Origin: a virus
Reading direction: 5' to 3' (one strand)
Virus record (IMG/VR): IMGVR_UViG_3300046477_000491
Location: 1-64,000 of that record
Length of the DNA: 64,000 nucleotides
A program made the position numbers and the translations under genes. This document shows positions 8,887-18,504 of this stretch, piece after piece (positions within the stretch are counted from its first letter, which is position 1; every line of letters starts with the position of its first letter). The notes beneath the pieces are model-generated. The model was not told the origin of the DNA. It saw nothing but the letters and a program-made list of their open reading frames with translations, and searched no databases.

Positions 8887-11800
8887 TCAGTTCCCTGCCG
8901 CGATGAGATTGATTCGGTTGTCCTCGGCGAGCGCCGTCATGAACTTGTTCGCTGCGTCCCGCGCCGAGGTCTGGTCCATGGCACCGGACACCTGCACCGT
9001 GATGGCGCCCGCGTGGAAGTTCAGGGTGGCCTTACCACCCGAGGTATTAAGTCCGCCGAGCCCGCCAGCCAGTGGGGTATTGCTCGACAGCGCCTTTCGG
9101 ATTGCGTCGGCCTGGTGAGCCGGGATAATCATTTCGCCCTTGTGGACGCGAGCCGTCTGGTCGACGTCGATATTCGCCGAGCCGACCGCGTATCCCTTGT
9201 AGGATCCACCGTTCGCCATCGACTTGATACCGGGAACATTCGCCAGGGATCCGTACCGGGAATCCGCGTAGCGGACGCCCGCGATGATGTTGTCGACCGG
9301 GTTCCAGATGTTCTTGTGACCGGCCAGCGAGTACGCCTTGAACGTCGAGTCGATGGTCTGCATGATGCCCTTGGACGGGTGGCCCGCCTTGGCGTTGGAG
9401 TCCCAGTTGTTCTGCGCGTGCGGATTACCGCCGGACTCGTGCATGGCCATCGTGTTGACGTACTTCTCGTTCGACGACGTGTCCTGGTGCAGGATCCCGA
9501 GCGCGGACTTGATCCACCCCTTGAGGTTGCCGGTCGGCATCGAGCCGGGCACGGACCCGTTGTCGGTGCTCTTGCTGCTGCTGCCGCCCTGCCCTGCGCC
9601 CACGCCCGAGCCGACGTTGGCCGCGCCAACCGAGGAGATACCGGCCGCGATGGCGTCGACCTCCTCGACCGAGCCGTACGAGCCGACGTCACCGCCGAAG
9701 CCCATGGAGGACAGGCGGTTGGAGTCAGACCCGGCGGTGTCGGTACCGTCGTCGGCGAGGTCGCCGAGGTTGCCGACCGCACCGAGGATGCGCACCGCGT
9801 TGGTGAACTCGCCGGACTGGTAGGCGCGGATACGAACCGAGGACCCGGTGTGCGGGGCCTCGATGATCTTCCCGTTGCCGATACACATCACGACGTGGTG
9901 CGCGGGGTTGCCGTTGAACAGCAGGTCGCCCGCCCGCTCCTGGCCGAGCTTGACCGACTTACCGGCCTTCTGCTGCTGCGCGGCCGTACGGGGCAGGGAG
10001 ACGCCGATCTGCTTGAACGAGAACTGGATCAGGCCCGAGCAGTCGAAGCCCTTCGGAGAGGCACCGCCCCAGACGTACTTCACGCCCAGGTACTTCATGG
10101 CGACCCTGATGACCGAAGCGGCCGTCTTGCCCGCACCGTTCGTGCCCGTGGCCACCGCGCCGCTCTTCCCCTTGCCGCCGGTCGCGGACGCCGCGCTGCT
10201 GCCGCTGCCCCCGTCACCACCCCAGAGGCTGGACACCAGACCGTAGCCACCACCGATGGCACCACCGATGACGGTTCCCTCGGGACCGAACAGCGTTCCG
10301 ATGGCAGCGCCATACGCTGCGTCGCCGAGCGTGGCCGACGCAACGTTGATGGCCTTCTTGCCCTTTTTGTTCTTGACGTGCTTGGCCGCGTAGTCACCTG
10401 CGGCGTGGATACCCCACCCGGCCAGACCGAGACCACCCGCCTTGGCCAGCGGGGAGCGCAGCAGGGCACCGGCACCGGCCATCATGCCGCCGTCGGCAGC
10501 GGCTGCACCGGCACCGCCCAGGAGGCTGCCTGCACCTTCGGTACCTCCGAGCATGCGTCCGGCCATACCGAGGCCGCGCATCATGCCGTAGTTGCCCATG
10601 GCGGAACCGACAGCGGATCCGACCATGGAACCCATGCCACCGGCATAACCGATCGCGCTGTCCAGATGGGTGTTCTTCAGGAAGTTCTGGATCGCGGTGC
10701 TGAACTCGTTCAGGTACTTCGTCGCGGTCTGGAGGCCGTCGGTGTAGGAGTCGTTGGTGTTGACGGTCTGGTTGCGCAGCGTCCCGGCCCGGTCGGATAG
10801 GGACTGCGCGTTCGTCTTGCCGATGCCCCACGAGTTCATCTTGGCGATGGCCGACTTGTCTCCGTTACCGACCTTGTTCATCGTGGACGCGTACGACTGC
10901 GCCGAGACGCCATGCATCTGCGCGGTGAGCAGTCCCAGCAGCGCGCTGCGGACCTGCTGGAGCGTGGAGGCGTCCATGGTCGCCGACAGCGACTGCATCA
11001 TGGCCGAACCCGGGCTCAGCGTCTCGTCGAGCTGCTCCTTGGTCTTGACGTTCTTCAGCGACGGCCAGCGCTGGAGCACCTGCTGGGCGATCTGCTGGGG
11101 CGTCTGCCGCTGCCCGCCCTTGATCGTCTGAATGCCGATGGCCTGGTTGGCGTAGTAGGACTTGGCCGTCCACGCGCTGGTCATGCCCTGGACGCGCTGC
11201 GCCTCGGAGACTCCGGGCTGGAGGTAGCCGGACGACTTGGCGTAGTTCCAGGCGGTGTTGTAGTTCGCACCGCCCGGGGAGCCCACGGAGGATCCCACGA
11301 GGCGCATCTGGGCCTGGGCGATGTCCTGGGTGCTCTGCGCGGTGAAGTTGTTCTTGTACGCCTGGTCGCGCAGGGTGTGCCAGTTGGAGCCCGACAGTTG
11401 GGCTGCCTGGTAGGAGGTGGTCTGCATGACGACCTGGTCGTCCATCTGCTTGGTCGACCAGGCGTAGAAGTCCTTGAGACCACCCTTGAACGTGTAAGGG
11501 CTCTTGCGCGCACCACTGCCGGAGCCGCTGCCCGAACCGCCGCTGCCGGAGCCACCCTGGCCGCCGTTGTTGGCCGCTCCGCCACCCTGTCCGGTCTGGC
11601 CGGAGAACGTGGCACCGCCACCGTTGGATGAGGTCGTCTGGCGCTGCTGCTGGCCGCCAGCTCGGGGAGCCGTGGAGGGGGCGCTGGCACCGCCGTTGGG
11701 TCGGCCGTGGCCGTAGTTACTGGTGTTGTTCCAGACGTCGTTGGCGAGCATGCCGAAGCCCCGGGCGCCTGATTGCGACCCGGAGCCACCGCTGTGCCAG

Positions 11801-11970
11801 CCCTGCCAGAGCCCCTGGGCTCCTCCGCCGACCGTCTTCATCTTGGCGGCGGCCGTCTCCAGCCCCTTGTTCAGGGCCTCGACGTTCTTCGCCAGTTTCG
11901 AGATCGCATCCTGGGCCTTGTTCCAGCCCAGGAGCGGTCCCTGTCCTGCCACCGTACCTTCGTCAGCCAT
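8887..11970 (-). CDS. Tape measure protein with C-terminal NlpC/P60 peptidase and SLT lytic transglycosylase domains
   Basis: Ala/Gly-rich helical body; 'YVWGGASPKGFDCSGL...HHV' (NlpC/P60); 'HESGGNPHAQNNWDSNA..GHPSKGIMQ' (SLT). Confidence 0.9.
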   Translation of the reverse strand: MADEGTVAGQGPLLGWNKAQDAISKLAKNVEALNKGLETAAAKMKTVGGGAQGLWQGWHSGGSGSQSGARGFGMLANDVWNNTSNYGHGRPNGGASAPSTAPRAGGQQQRQTTSSNGGGATFSGQTGQGGGAANNGGQGGSGSGGSGSGSGSGARKSPYTFKGGLKDFYAWSTKQMDDQVVMQTTSYQAAQLSGSNWHTLRDQAYKNNFTAQSTQDIAQAQMRLVGSSVGSPGGANYNTAWNYAKSSGYLQPGVSEAQRVQGMTSAWTAKSYYANQAIGIQTIKGGQRQTPQQIAQQVLQRWPSLKNVKTKEQLDETLSPGSAMMQSLSATMDASTLQQVRSALLGLLTAQMHGVSAQSYASTMNKVGNGDKSAIAKMNSWGIGKTNAQSLSDRAGTLRNQTVNTNDSYTDGLQTATKYLNEFSTAIQNFLKNTHLDSAIGYAGGMGSMVGSAVGSAMGNYGMMRGLGMAGRMLGGTEGAGSLLGGAGAAAADGGMMAGAGALLRSPLAKAGGLGLAGWGIHAAGDYAAKHVKNKKGKKAINVASATLGDAAYGAAIGTLFGPEGTVIGGAIGGGYGLVSSLWGGDGGSGSSAASATGGKGKSGAVATGTNGAGKTAASVIRVAMKYLGVKYVWGGASPKGFDCSGLIQFSFKQIGVSLPRTAAQQQKAGKSVKLGQERAGDLLFNGNPAHHVVMCIGNGKIIEAPHTGSSVRIRAYQSGEFTNAVRILGAVGNLGDLADDGTDTAGSDSNRLSSMGFGGDVGSYGSVEEVDAIAAGISSVGAANVGSGVGAGQGGSSSKSTDNGSVPGSMPTGNLKGWIKSALGILHQDTSSNEKYVNTMAMHESGGNPHAQNNWDSNAKAGHPSKGIMQTIDSTFKAYSLAGHKNIWNPVDNIIAGVRYADSRYGSLANVPGIKSMANGGSYKGYAVGSANIDVDQTARVHKGEMIIPAHQADAIRKALSSNTPLAGGLGGLNTSGGKATLNFHAGAITVQVSGAMDQTSARDAANKFMTALAEDNRINLIAAGN

Positions 11971-12140
11971 TGTCCGCCTCAGCCGTTCGCCTATTGCGCT
12001 GCGCCGTAAACCACTTCACCCAGTGCAGGCGCTCCCGCACGGTCAACCGGCGAATTTCGCTGAGGCTCCAAGCCGGGGATAGCTCGACTAGTTGCTCGTA
12101 TTCGAAGTACGTGTCGAAGTAGTTACAGGCCCTGAAACAG
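11963..12140 (-). CDS. Start-less second tail-chaperone frame (…NYFDTYFEYEQLVELSPAWSLSEIRRLTVRERLHWVKWF…), probably reached by frameshift
   Basis: Open +1 frame overlapping the end of the chaperone gene, with no start codon after its last in-frame stop. The W..SEI..L...ER..W pattern resembles gpGT/gpE'-type extensions. Confidence 0.7.
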
Positions 12141-12989
12141 ATCCCCCGCCGAGATGAAGAGGGGGACCTCCTTTCCGCACGAATCGTGCAGGAACTTCAC
12201 ACCATTGTATTGCGGGCCGGGCTGCTTCTTTTCAATCGTGTCGAGGATCGTCTGGCGGTCCGCGATGCCGAGAGACCGGGCGAACTCCGGATTACCAGAA
12301 ACAGCGTTCTCAGTACCGTCCGCCTCGACCACGGAAATGAGAACCCGGGAGAGCAGGAGGGTGTTCTGCTCGGAGTCGCTGAGGCGGTCCGCGACGGCCA
12401 GGAGGGCTTCCTGGTCACTGCCGACAGGCAGCCGGACGAACGCCTTGCGGTTCTTGCGCAGGGCCACCTCGAAGATGCGGGCGGCAGGGTCCTCCAGGCG
12501 CCGGATGGGGATCTCGTCGAGGGTCACGGACAGGCGGAACTCCTCGCCGCAGAACGGGCAGGAGTAGCGGTCCCAGACGATCTCGTCGCCGTACGTGGCA
12601 CGGCGGATCTCCAGCAGGAGCATGTCGCGGTCGCCGAGCAGGAGGTTGGACAGCAGGGTGGTGCTGGCCTGCTCGCCGCCCACGGAGACGGTGCCCGCCG
12701 AGAGCAGGGTGGCGATGTACTTGCCGAGGCCGCCGGAGCGCGCCTTGGTCATGGCTTCCTCATCGGCGCCGGTCAGTTCGCGGACGTCGGCGTCGTAGCG
12801 GACGGATGCGTAGTCGCCGCCCAGAACATAGCCTCCCGGCAGGCTGAAATTACCGCCTGCCGGGAGGGTGATCTCGGGCTTGGCGACCTGTCCCCCGTTG
12901 TCATTCAGAATCGCCGCGATGGCGGCATTCGATGCGCTCGGGTTGGCGAGGGGGTTGGTGTACCCCTCGGTATTAAGGTCGGTAGCCAC
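12123..12989 (-). CDS. Tail assembly chaperone / T4 gp26-like protein
   Basis: Between tube and tape measure; 'VRELTGADEE', 'LLLGDRDMLLLEIRRATYG', CPFC and a terminal 'CG' metal-site pattern. Confidence 0.75.
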   Translation of the reverse strand: MATDLNTEGYTNPLANPSASNAAIAAILNDNGGQVAKPEITLPAGGNFSLPGGYVLGGDYASVRYDADVRELTGADEEAMTKARSGGLGKYIATLLSAGTVSVGGEQASTTLLSNLLLGDRDMLLLEIRRATYGDEIVWDRYSCPFCGEEFRLSVTLDEIPIRRLEDPAARIFEVALRKNRKAFVRLPVGSDQEALLAVADRLSDSEQNTLLLSRVLISVVEADGTENAVSGNPEFARSLGIADRQTILDTIEKKQPGPQYNGVKFLHDSCGKEVPLFISAGDLFQGL

Positions 12990-13025
12990 TGGTGTTGCTC
13001 CTAGTCGAGTCTCGGGAATCCGCTA

Positions 13026-13577
13026 TTAGAAACTAACGGAAGACGAGCCCGTGCTGTTAGCCAACTTGAACTCGAAGCCCTCGTGGGCGAGGGTCATCTG
13101 CTGGACGACGATCGCATTGGCTCCGGCGTCGAGGTCGGAGAAGGCAACCGCCGTCGGCCACGCGTTGTAGACGCGGAATGCGGCCTTGGCGGGAGTGTTG
13201 CCGGAAGTCACCGGGTGGTCGAGCACCTTGATGTCGACCATGTGCCGGAATTCCTGTCCGGCCTTTCCGTTGCCGGTGCCCTGGATGACGGTGAACAACT
13301 GGCGCATCCAGTCCATCATCTGGCTGTCGCCGACCGCGAGGCCCTTGGACAGCGTGATCGGGGCAAAGTCGGACTGACCGGGCATCTTCTGAGTTGTCGT
13401 GTTCATTCCACCCTCACGGTATGGAATGACCTCAGTCGTGACGTTCAAGCCCGAAAGGGACATGAAGCCCATGCGGGCGAAGCCCTTGATGCCCGGGTGC
13501 TGGATCTGGACCTGGAACTTGAAGTTGCGCAACGGGTCCGTTGCGATGTGCCCCACGGTCGAAGTGGTCGTAGCCAT
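13026..13577 (-). CDS. Tail tube protein (T4 gp19-like)
   Basis: 'DPLRNFKF', 'YREGG...KMPGQSDFAPITLSKG', 'YNAWP...SDLDAG...L.HEG'. Confidence 0.93.
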   Translation of the reverse strand: MATTTSTVGHIATDPLRNFKFQVQIQHPGIKGFARMGFMSLSGLNVTTEVIPYREGGMNTTTQKMPGQSDFAPITLSKGLAVGDSQMMDWMRQLFTVIQGTGNGKAGQEFRHMVDIKVLDHPVTSGNTPAKAAFRVYNAWPTAVAFSDLDAGANAIVVQQMTLAHEGFEFKLANSTGSSSVSF

Positions 13578-13591
13578 CAGTCAGTTACCTC

Positions 13592-15136
13592 TCAGGAAGT
13601 GGCCGTCGAGTCGGTCGCGGAGGACCCACCCGAGTACTGGCCGATTTCGATGACGATGAATTCGGCCGGTGTCTGGACCGCCACACCGACGGAGATGTTC
13701 ACGACACCGTTGGCCACGGAGGCGGCGGTGTTGTTCGAGGAGTCGCAGGTGACGAAGTACGCCTGCTCCGGCGTGGTACCGGCCAGCACACCCGTCTGCA
13801 TCAGGGTGAGCAGGTACTGCGTGATGACCGCGTTGATCTGGTCCCACAGGATCGAGTCGTTGGGCTCGAAGACGGCGAAGCGGGTCGCGTCGAGGATGCC
13901 CTTCTTGATCAGCATCAGCGACCGGCGGATGGAGACGTACCGGTCCGGCATGCCCGTCGACAGCGTCCGGGCGCCGTAGATGACAAAGCCCGTGCCCGGC
14001 AGCGACTTGATCACGTTGACGCCCGCGACGTTCAGAGCGTCCTGGTCGTCGTTGGAGAACCGGAACTCCGTGTCCAGCACGCCCTTGAGGACGGTGTCGA
14101 TACCGGCCGGAGGCTTCTGCACACCGCGCGAGGCGTCGGTACGCGCGTACTGGCCCAGCACCGCGCCGCCAGGCGGCAGCAGACGGGCCGAACCGGACGC
14201 GGCGGTCGCCGGGTCGTTGACGATCAGCCACGGCCCGTAGACGGCCGCGTACGAGGACGCGCTCAGCGCCGAGCCACCCGTGGACATGTTCTGGAGCGAG
14301 AGCGCGTAGGAGTGAGCGTTGTCGGCCGAGGTCGACTTCACGCCGTCCACGACGACGAACACGCTGCCCTGGTCCTCGGCCCACGCAATGACCGGGTTCA
14401 GGACGGTCGCGTCGGTGACGCCCGGCAGGTTGAGGACGAGGTTCGCATCGACGACCTCCAGCCGCTGCGCAGCGGACGCCAGGTCCACCGCAGCGACACC
14501 GTCCGAACCGCCGGTCAGGGCGACACCGGACTGTATGGCCGGGGCGTGGGTCGGCACCCACGCGGTATTAAGCAGGCTCTGGACCTGGACGAAGGACGAG
14601 CCGGTGACCGGGGAGTTGATCAGCGCCTGGGCGTTGCGGGAGTCGGCCGGGTCCAGGGAGACATCGGTGAACCGCTCCTTGAGGAAGGCCGACGTCTCAC
14701 CGCCCACGTACACGAACAGGTCGAAGCGGCCACCGCCGGACGAGGCCGCCGTGACGTCCACGTACACCTGGTTGCCCCAGGAGCCCGGAGAGATCGCGGT
14801 GATCTTCAGGGTCGGCTCGGGAGTCACCTCAGTGTCGTCGAGGGAGACATGGGCTGCGACCGCGTCGGAGGCAGCAGCGCGCACGACGTAGGCCGCGTTG
14901 CCGCCGTTGTTGAAGTACTGGTAGACGCTGAACGGCAGGTACTCGCTCGTGTCGCCGAACCCGCCGAAGGTGGCCACATACTGCGACCAGGACGACACCA
15001 GCGTGGGGGCCAGCGGGCCGCCCTGCTTGTTCGTGCCGACGAAGGCCGCGACGGACTCGCCCGGCGTGTTTACGGTCTGGCTGAGCGGGGTCAACGTCTC
15101 CGAAATGTAGACGCCAGGCCGCTTGTAGACAGTCAT
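13592..15136 (-). CDS. Contractile tail sheath protein
   Basis: 'YKRPGVYISE', 'AAVYGPW', 'RTDASRGVQKPPAG', 'YGARTL...YVSIRR', 'FEPND..LW', 'PAEFIVI'. Confidence 0.95.
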   Translation of the reverse strand: MTVYKRPGVYISETLTPLSQTVNTPGESVAAFVGTNKQGGPLAPTLVSSWSQYVATFGGFGDTSEYLPFSVYQYFNNGGNAAYVVRAAASDAVAAHVSLDDTEVTPEPTLKITAISPGSWGNQVYVDVTAASSGGGRFDLFVYVGGETSAFLKERFTDVSLDPADSRNAQALINSPVTGSSFVQVQSLLNTAWVPTHAPAIQSGVALTGGSDGVAAVDLASAAQRLEVVDANLVLNLPGVTDATVLNPVIAWAEDQGSVFVVVDGVKSTSADNAHSYALSLQNMSTGGSALSASSYAAVYGPWLIVNDPATAASGSARLLPPGGAVLGQYARTDASRGVQKPPAGIDTVLKGVLDTEFRFSNDDQDALNVAGVNVIKSLPGTGFVIYGARTLSTGMPDRYVSIRRSLMLIKKGILDATRFAVFEPNDSILWDQINAVITQYLLTLMQTGVLAGTTPEQAYFVTCDSSNNTAASVANGVVNISVGVAVQTPAEFIVIEIGQYSGGSSATDSTATS

Positions 15137-15189
15137 CTGTTTCTCCTGGGTAAAGGGGAATTCCTGGGGTTACGAATCCTGGGTCCGGA

Positions 15190-15825
15190 TCATGTGCGGA
15201 TTGCGTGGTCCGTGGAGTACTCGAAGTCCAGCGCCACACTGGTCGCCTTGATGTATGCGTCGGCGACGGACGGAAGCATTTCGCTGGAGACAGAGATGAG
15301 GTATTCGCGACGGAACAGACGCTTACCGTTCTCGTCACGGGTGTCGGCCAGCTCAGGGCCGCCGAGAAGATCCAGGCGCCGTACCGTTCCGTCCTCCGGA
15401 ATTTCCAGGAACCCGAAACGCGCCGGGAGCCGGTCGCGCTGCATCATCGAAGACGCCAGCGCGATGTCGTGCTCCGCGAGACGGGTGAAGACCATGACGC
15501 GGTACCGCAGGTCGAACGGGATCGGGAACTCGACGAGGTACGGGGACTTCGTGACGTCGTAGGAGGTGTCTCCCTCCGCCCACCAGCCGGTCGTCCCCTC
15601 GGGGGCGTAGGGCAGGTAGACGGGGCCACGGTGCTCCCGCTCTTCGGCCTTCTCGATACCCGCGTGCTCGATGACCACCAGGGGGAAGGTCTGCTTGGCC
15701 AGCTCCGTCTCGGGAATTCGGTAACGCACCGGAACGGGTCGGCCGTCCGGTGCATTCGCGTCAGTGACAGAGAGACCCTGGAGTTTCGCCTTAACGGCGC
15801 GGTCCTCGTTGATGAGCCATGGCAA
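15190..15825 (-). CDS. Putative tail terminator / tail completion protein
   Basis: TTG start with GTGAGG RBS; directly upstream of the sheath gene. Confidence 0.6.
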   Translation of the reverse strand: MPWLINEDRAVKAKLQGLSVTDANAPDGRPVPVRYRIPETELAKQTFPLVVIEHAGIEKAEEREHRGPVYLPYAPEGTTGWWAEGDTSYDVTKSPYLVEFPIPFDLRYRVMVFTRLAEHDIALASSMMQRDRLPARFGFLEIPEDGTVRRLDLLGGPELADTRDENGKRLFRREYLISVSSEMLPSVADAYIKATSVALDFEYSTDHAIRT

Positions 15826-15900
15826 AGCGGGCCTCACGGGTCTCGAATAGCAGAAGTCTTCCGCCATTCAGGATCCCAAGAAAGCCGGGAAAGTTTATAG

Positions 15901-16419
15901 TCAGACGGCCTGGGACCAGTGCGCGAACTGCACATCGTTGACCAGCTCGTCCGGCTTCATCTGCACGCACTCGATACTGACGATGACGTCCCGGTTCTGA
16001 ATCTGCCCCAGAACAGCAATCGACGTGACCCGGAAAACCGAGGAGTCGTAGACGAGACGGTCCACCAGGTATTTGCCGTGGTCGATGTCCTGGTCGGTGA
16101 ACCCCATCTTCCGCAGGCTGTCGAACGAACAGGTGAGGGAGATGTTGTCGACCGTGTACAGACCCTGCGGGGTGTCCTGCGCCGCGCCCTGGCTGTGGAT
16201 GACGTGCAGCGCCGGGATCCGGTACGGGCCGATGAACGTCTTGCCCTGCCCCGTCGCCTCGTCGTACAGGTCCTCCCCGGCCGGATCCGTGTGGGAGTAC
16301 CGGTAGTACTGGACCATCTCGCCGGTCTCGTGCTGGCGCCCCCGCAGCGACGCCATCATCTCGGTGGTCTCGTAGTTGGCGTTGAACCGCCCCGACCGCT
16401 TCCAGTCCAGGCGGCCCAT
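15901..16419 (-). CDS. Putative head closure / neck protein
   Basis: TGATG-coupled to the adaptor gene; position between head and tail modules. Confidence 0.55.
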   Translation of the reverse strand: MGRLDWKRSGRFNANYETTEMMASLRGRQHETGEMVQYYRYSHTDPAGEDLYDEATGQGKTFIGPYRIPALHVIHSQGAAQDTPQGLYTVDNISLTCSFDSLRKMGFTDQDIDHGKYLVDRLVYDSSVFRVTSIAVLGQIQNRDVIVSIECVQMKPDELVNDVQFAHWSQAV

Positions 16420-17228
16420 CAGAAGTACCCGCCCCACGTCTGCGAGGGGATCCCGGAGTCGTCGTCGTTCTGGTGGCCCGGCCCGATCGGCGGGAGGATC
16501 CGCGTGGGCAGGGAGTAGTCGTCGTACTCGCGCTCACGGAAGATCGGCACGAGACGGTTGGTCGTACGGGAGACGCGGCGCAGGTTGGTGACCTCGATCG
16601 CGTACAGGCCCACGCCCATCTTCTCGCACAGCATCTTGTACCGGTCGGTGAGCATTTCGATCTGCTTCTGGATCTGCGCGAAACGCTGGCCCCGGTCGAC
16701 CGAAGTACCGTCGGCGGTCTGGACGTTGATGTCCGTTGCCGCGTCGGTGGCCAGCGCCCACATCGCCTCGGTGCATGCCAGCATGACGATCATGACGTCC
16801 TCCTCCGGCGGGAGGTTCGCGAAGTCGACGGGCTCCTCGGCGTAGCGGATGAAGCCGTTGTCGTCGCGGTACCGGGCGGAGATCGTCCGGCCCCGGTTGT
16901 GCTGGGCGAACGCGTCGTTCAGGTAGACGTCCAGCTCGTCGTCGGCGAACAGGCTGTAGGACTGCCCGGAGGCGAGCAGCAGCGCGTCCAGCGGGAGCGG
17001 GGCGTTCAGGGTGAGGATGCCGTTCAGTGCGTCCAGGACGTAGTCGCTGCTCGTCAGGACGGTCTGTGTGGTGCCGACGACCTGGACGGCCTCCAGGCCC
17101 GTGACGTTGTTCGCGCTCAGTTCGTACTCGGCGACGTCCCCGGTGCCCCGGATGGTGTCGCGGAACGGCGTGAGCCGGTCGCCCAGCTCGCTCCTCACCC
17201 GCGACCGCAGGTCTTCAAGCGTGGCCAT
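16419..17228 (-). CDS. Putative head-tail adaptor protein
   Basis: 'LEDLRSRVRSELGD' N-terminus and 'FADDELDVYL' pattern; position after the capsid genes. Confidence 0.6.
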   Translation of the reverse strand: MATLEDLRSRVRSELGDRLTPFRDTIRGTGDVAEYELSANNVTGLEAVQVVGTTQTVLTSSDYVLDALNGILTLNAPLPLDALLLASGQSYSLFADDELDVYLNDAFAQHNRGRTISARYRDDNGFIRYAEEPVDFANLPPEEDVMIVMLACTEAMWALATDAATDINVQTADGTSVDRGQRFAQIQKQIEMLTDRYKMLCEKMGVGLYAIEVTNLRRVSRTTNRLVPIFREREYDDYSLPTRILPPIGPGHQNDDDSGIPSQTWGGYF

Positions 17229-17241
17229 TCCGCGACTCCGA

Positions 17242-17661
17242 TCAGGTATTAAGGGTCAGCGCGCCAGCGGCGATCTGAAGGGACTCGTTCGTCGCCGCCT
17301 GGAGCGGGCTGTCGATCGGCCACGCGTAGATGACGGTGCCGGTCGTGCCGGACGCAGAGGTGACCAGCGCCGCGAAGGAGGCAGCGTCGGTCATGTCGGC
17401 GGTGAACGGGCCGTAGAACAGCAGCGCGTTGTTGGCCGTGGTCATCGGTGCGCCGGACGGCGCGGTCCAGACGACCTGCTGACGGGCGTAGCCGGGCGTG
17501 GAGACCTCCGGCAGCGCGGTCATGCTGTAGGTGCCGTCCTCCTGCGTCGGGTCGTCGATCAGCAGGGCCAGGTAGGTCGTACGCGGCGCGGCCAGAGCGA
17601 TGGCCCGGCCGGTGAGCATGTCCAGGGCGTTACCGGCCCAGACGGGATTGGTACCGGGCAT
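17242..17661 (-). CDS. Virion structural protein (tail-fibre-like beta domain)
   Basis: 'YLALL..DP', 'EVSTPGYARQQV.W', '.IAAGAL.L' pattern common in small virion proteins. Confidence 0.65.
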   Translation of the reverse strand: MPGTNPVWAGNALDMLTGRAIALAAPRTTYLALLIDDPTQEDGTYSMTALPEVSTPGYARQQVVWTAPSGAPMTTANNALLFYGPFTADMTDAASFAALVTSASGTTGTVIYAWPIDSPLQAATNESLQIAAGALTLNT

Positions 17662-17957
17662 CAGGCATCCGCCTTCTTGAACAGCCGCACGAAGTCGGAC
17701 AGGTGGATGGAGAAGTGCCGGACCGCCTTGCCGGGCGCGTGGCCGCCGTCGTCGGTGATGACGTGGGTGTCGTAGTCGTGCGCGAGCAGGACCGAGTCCT
17801 CGCCAGCGTGGCCGACACCAGCGGTGCCAGCCGGGTGCACGTCGACCACCACGACCTCGGAGCCGGTGGGAAGGTGTCCCAGCCCGGCTCCGTGGCCTTC
17901 GGCGTTCTCCAGCACGTACGCCTCACCCGGGGCCGGGGAGGGAGTGGGAGTAGTCAT
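17661..17957 (-). CDS. Hypothetical protein (head region)
   Basis: 98 aa, RBS, coupled to the next gene. Confidence 0.6.
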   Translation of the reverse strand: MTTPTPSPAPGEAYVLENAEGHGAGLGHLPTGSEVVVVDVHPAGTAGVGHAGEDSVLLAHDYDTHVITDDGGHAPGKAVRHFSIHLSDFVRLFKKADA

Positions 17958-17979
17958 GTGAGGGGGTCTCCTTGGACCG

Positions 17980-18354
17980 TCAGTGCCAGACGTAGCCGAG
18001 GCCGTCGAGGTGGTCGTACAGATCCTTCGGCGCCTTGTAGCGCTGGCCCTCGACGAAGTCGTAGTGCTGGCCGTGGCCGTAGGTCATGTTCTCGATGGAT
18101 GTGTTCACCCGGAACTCGCGGTGCGGGATCTCCACCTGGACGGCCTCGGCGACCTCGATGACGGTCTCGACGACCGGCTCCGGGGTCTTCGGCTTGGCCT
18201 CGACGACGGTGTCCGACTTCTCGGCAGCCGCCGCCTCGTTGATGAGCGAGATCTCCCGCTCGCGGGCCGCCAGTTCGTCGGCGTGCTCCTTGGTGAGGGC
18301 GGCCTTGTTACGGCCGGTCAGGTCACCGGGACGGGCAACATTACGTGCAGGCAT
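17980..18354 (-). CDS. Hypothetical protein downstream of the major capsid gene
   Basis: 124 aa with GGAG RBS and typical codon usage. Confidence 0.65.
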   Translation of the reverse strand: MPARNVARPGDLTGRNKAALTKEHADELAAREREISLINEAAAAEKSDTVVEAKPKTPEPVVETVIEVAEAVQVEIPHREFRVNTSIENMTYGHGQHYDFVEGQRYKAPKDLYDHLDGLGYVWH

Positions 18355-18410
18355 TTGTTTCTCCGGGTTCGGGACTCAGGTGTGTGAGGCGGTACTACTT
18401 TAACGAGGAA

Positions 18411-18447
18411 GGGGAGCGGTCCTGGTAATCCCAGAATCCGCTCCCCT
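18411..18447 (-). terminator. Intrinsic terminator after the major capsid gene
   Basis: GGGGAGCGG...CCGCTCCCC stem followed by pyrimidines on the minus strand. Confidence 0.65.
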
Positions 18448-18504
18448 AACCATCAGGATCGCGTGGCCGCGAATACCAACTAAGCCATCAGACAGGCTGA
18501 GAAA

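Noticed and set aside
15145-15184. Three CCCAGGA repeats before the sheath gene
   Set aside because: Short and GC-rich, one copy includes the RBS; insufficient support for a separate element.
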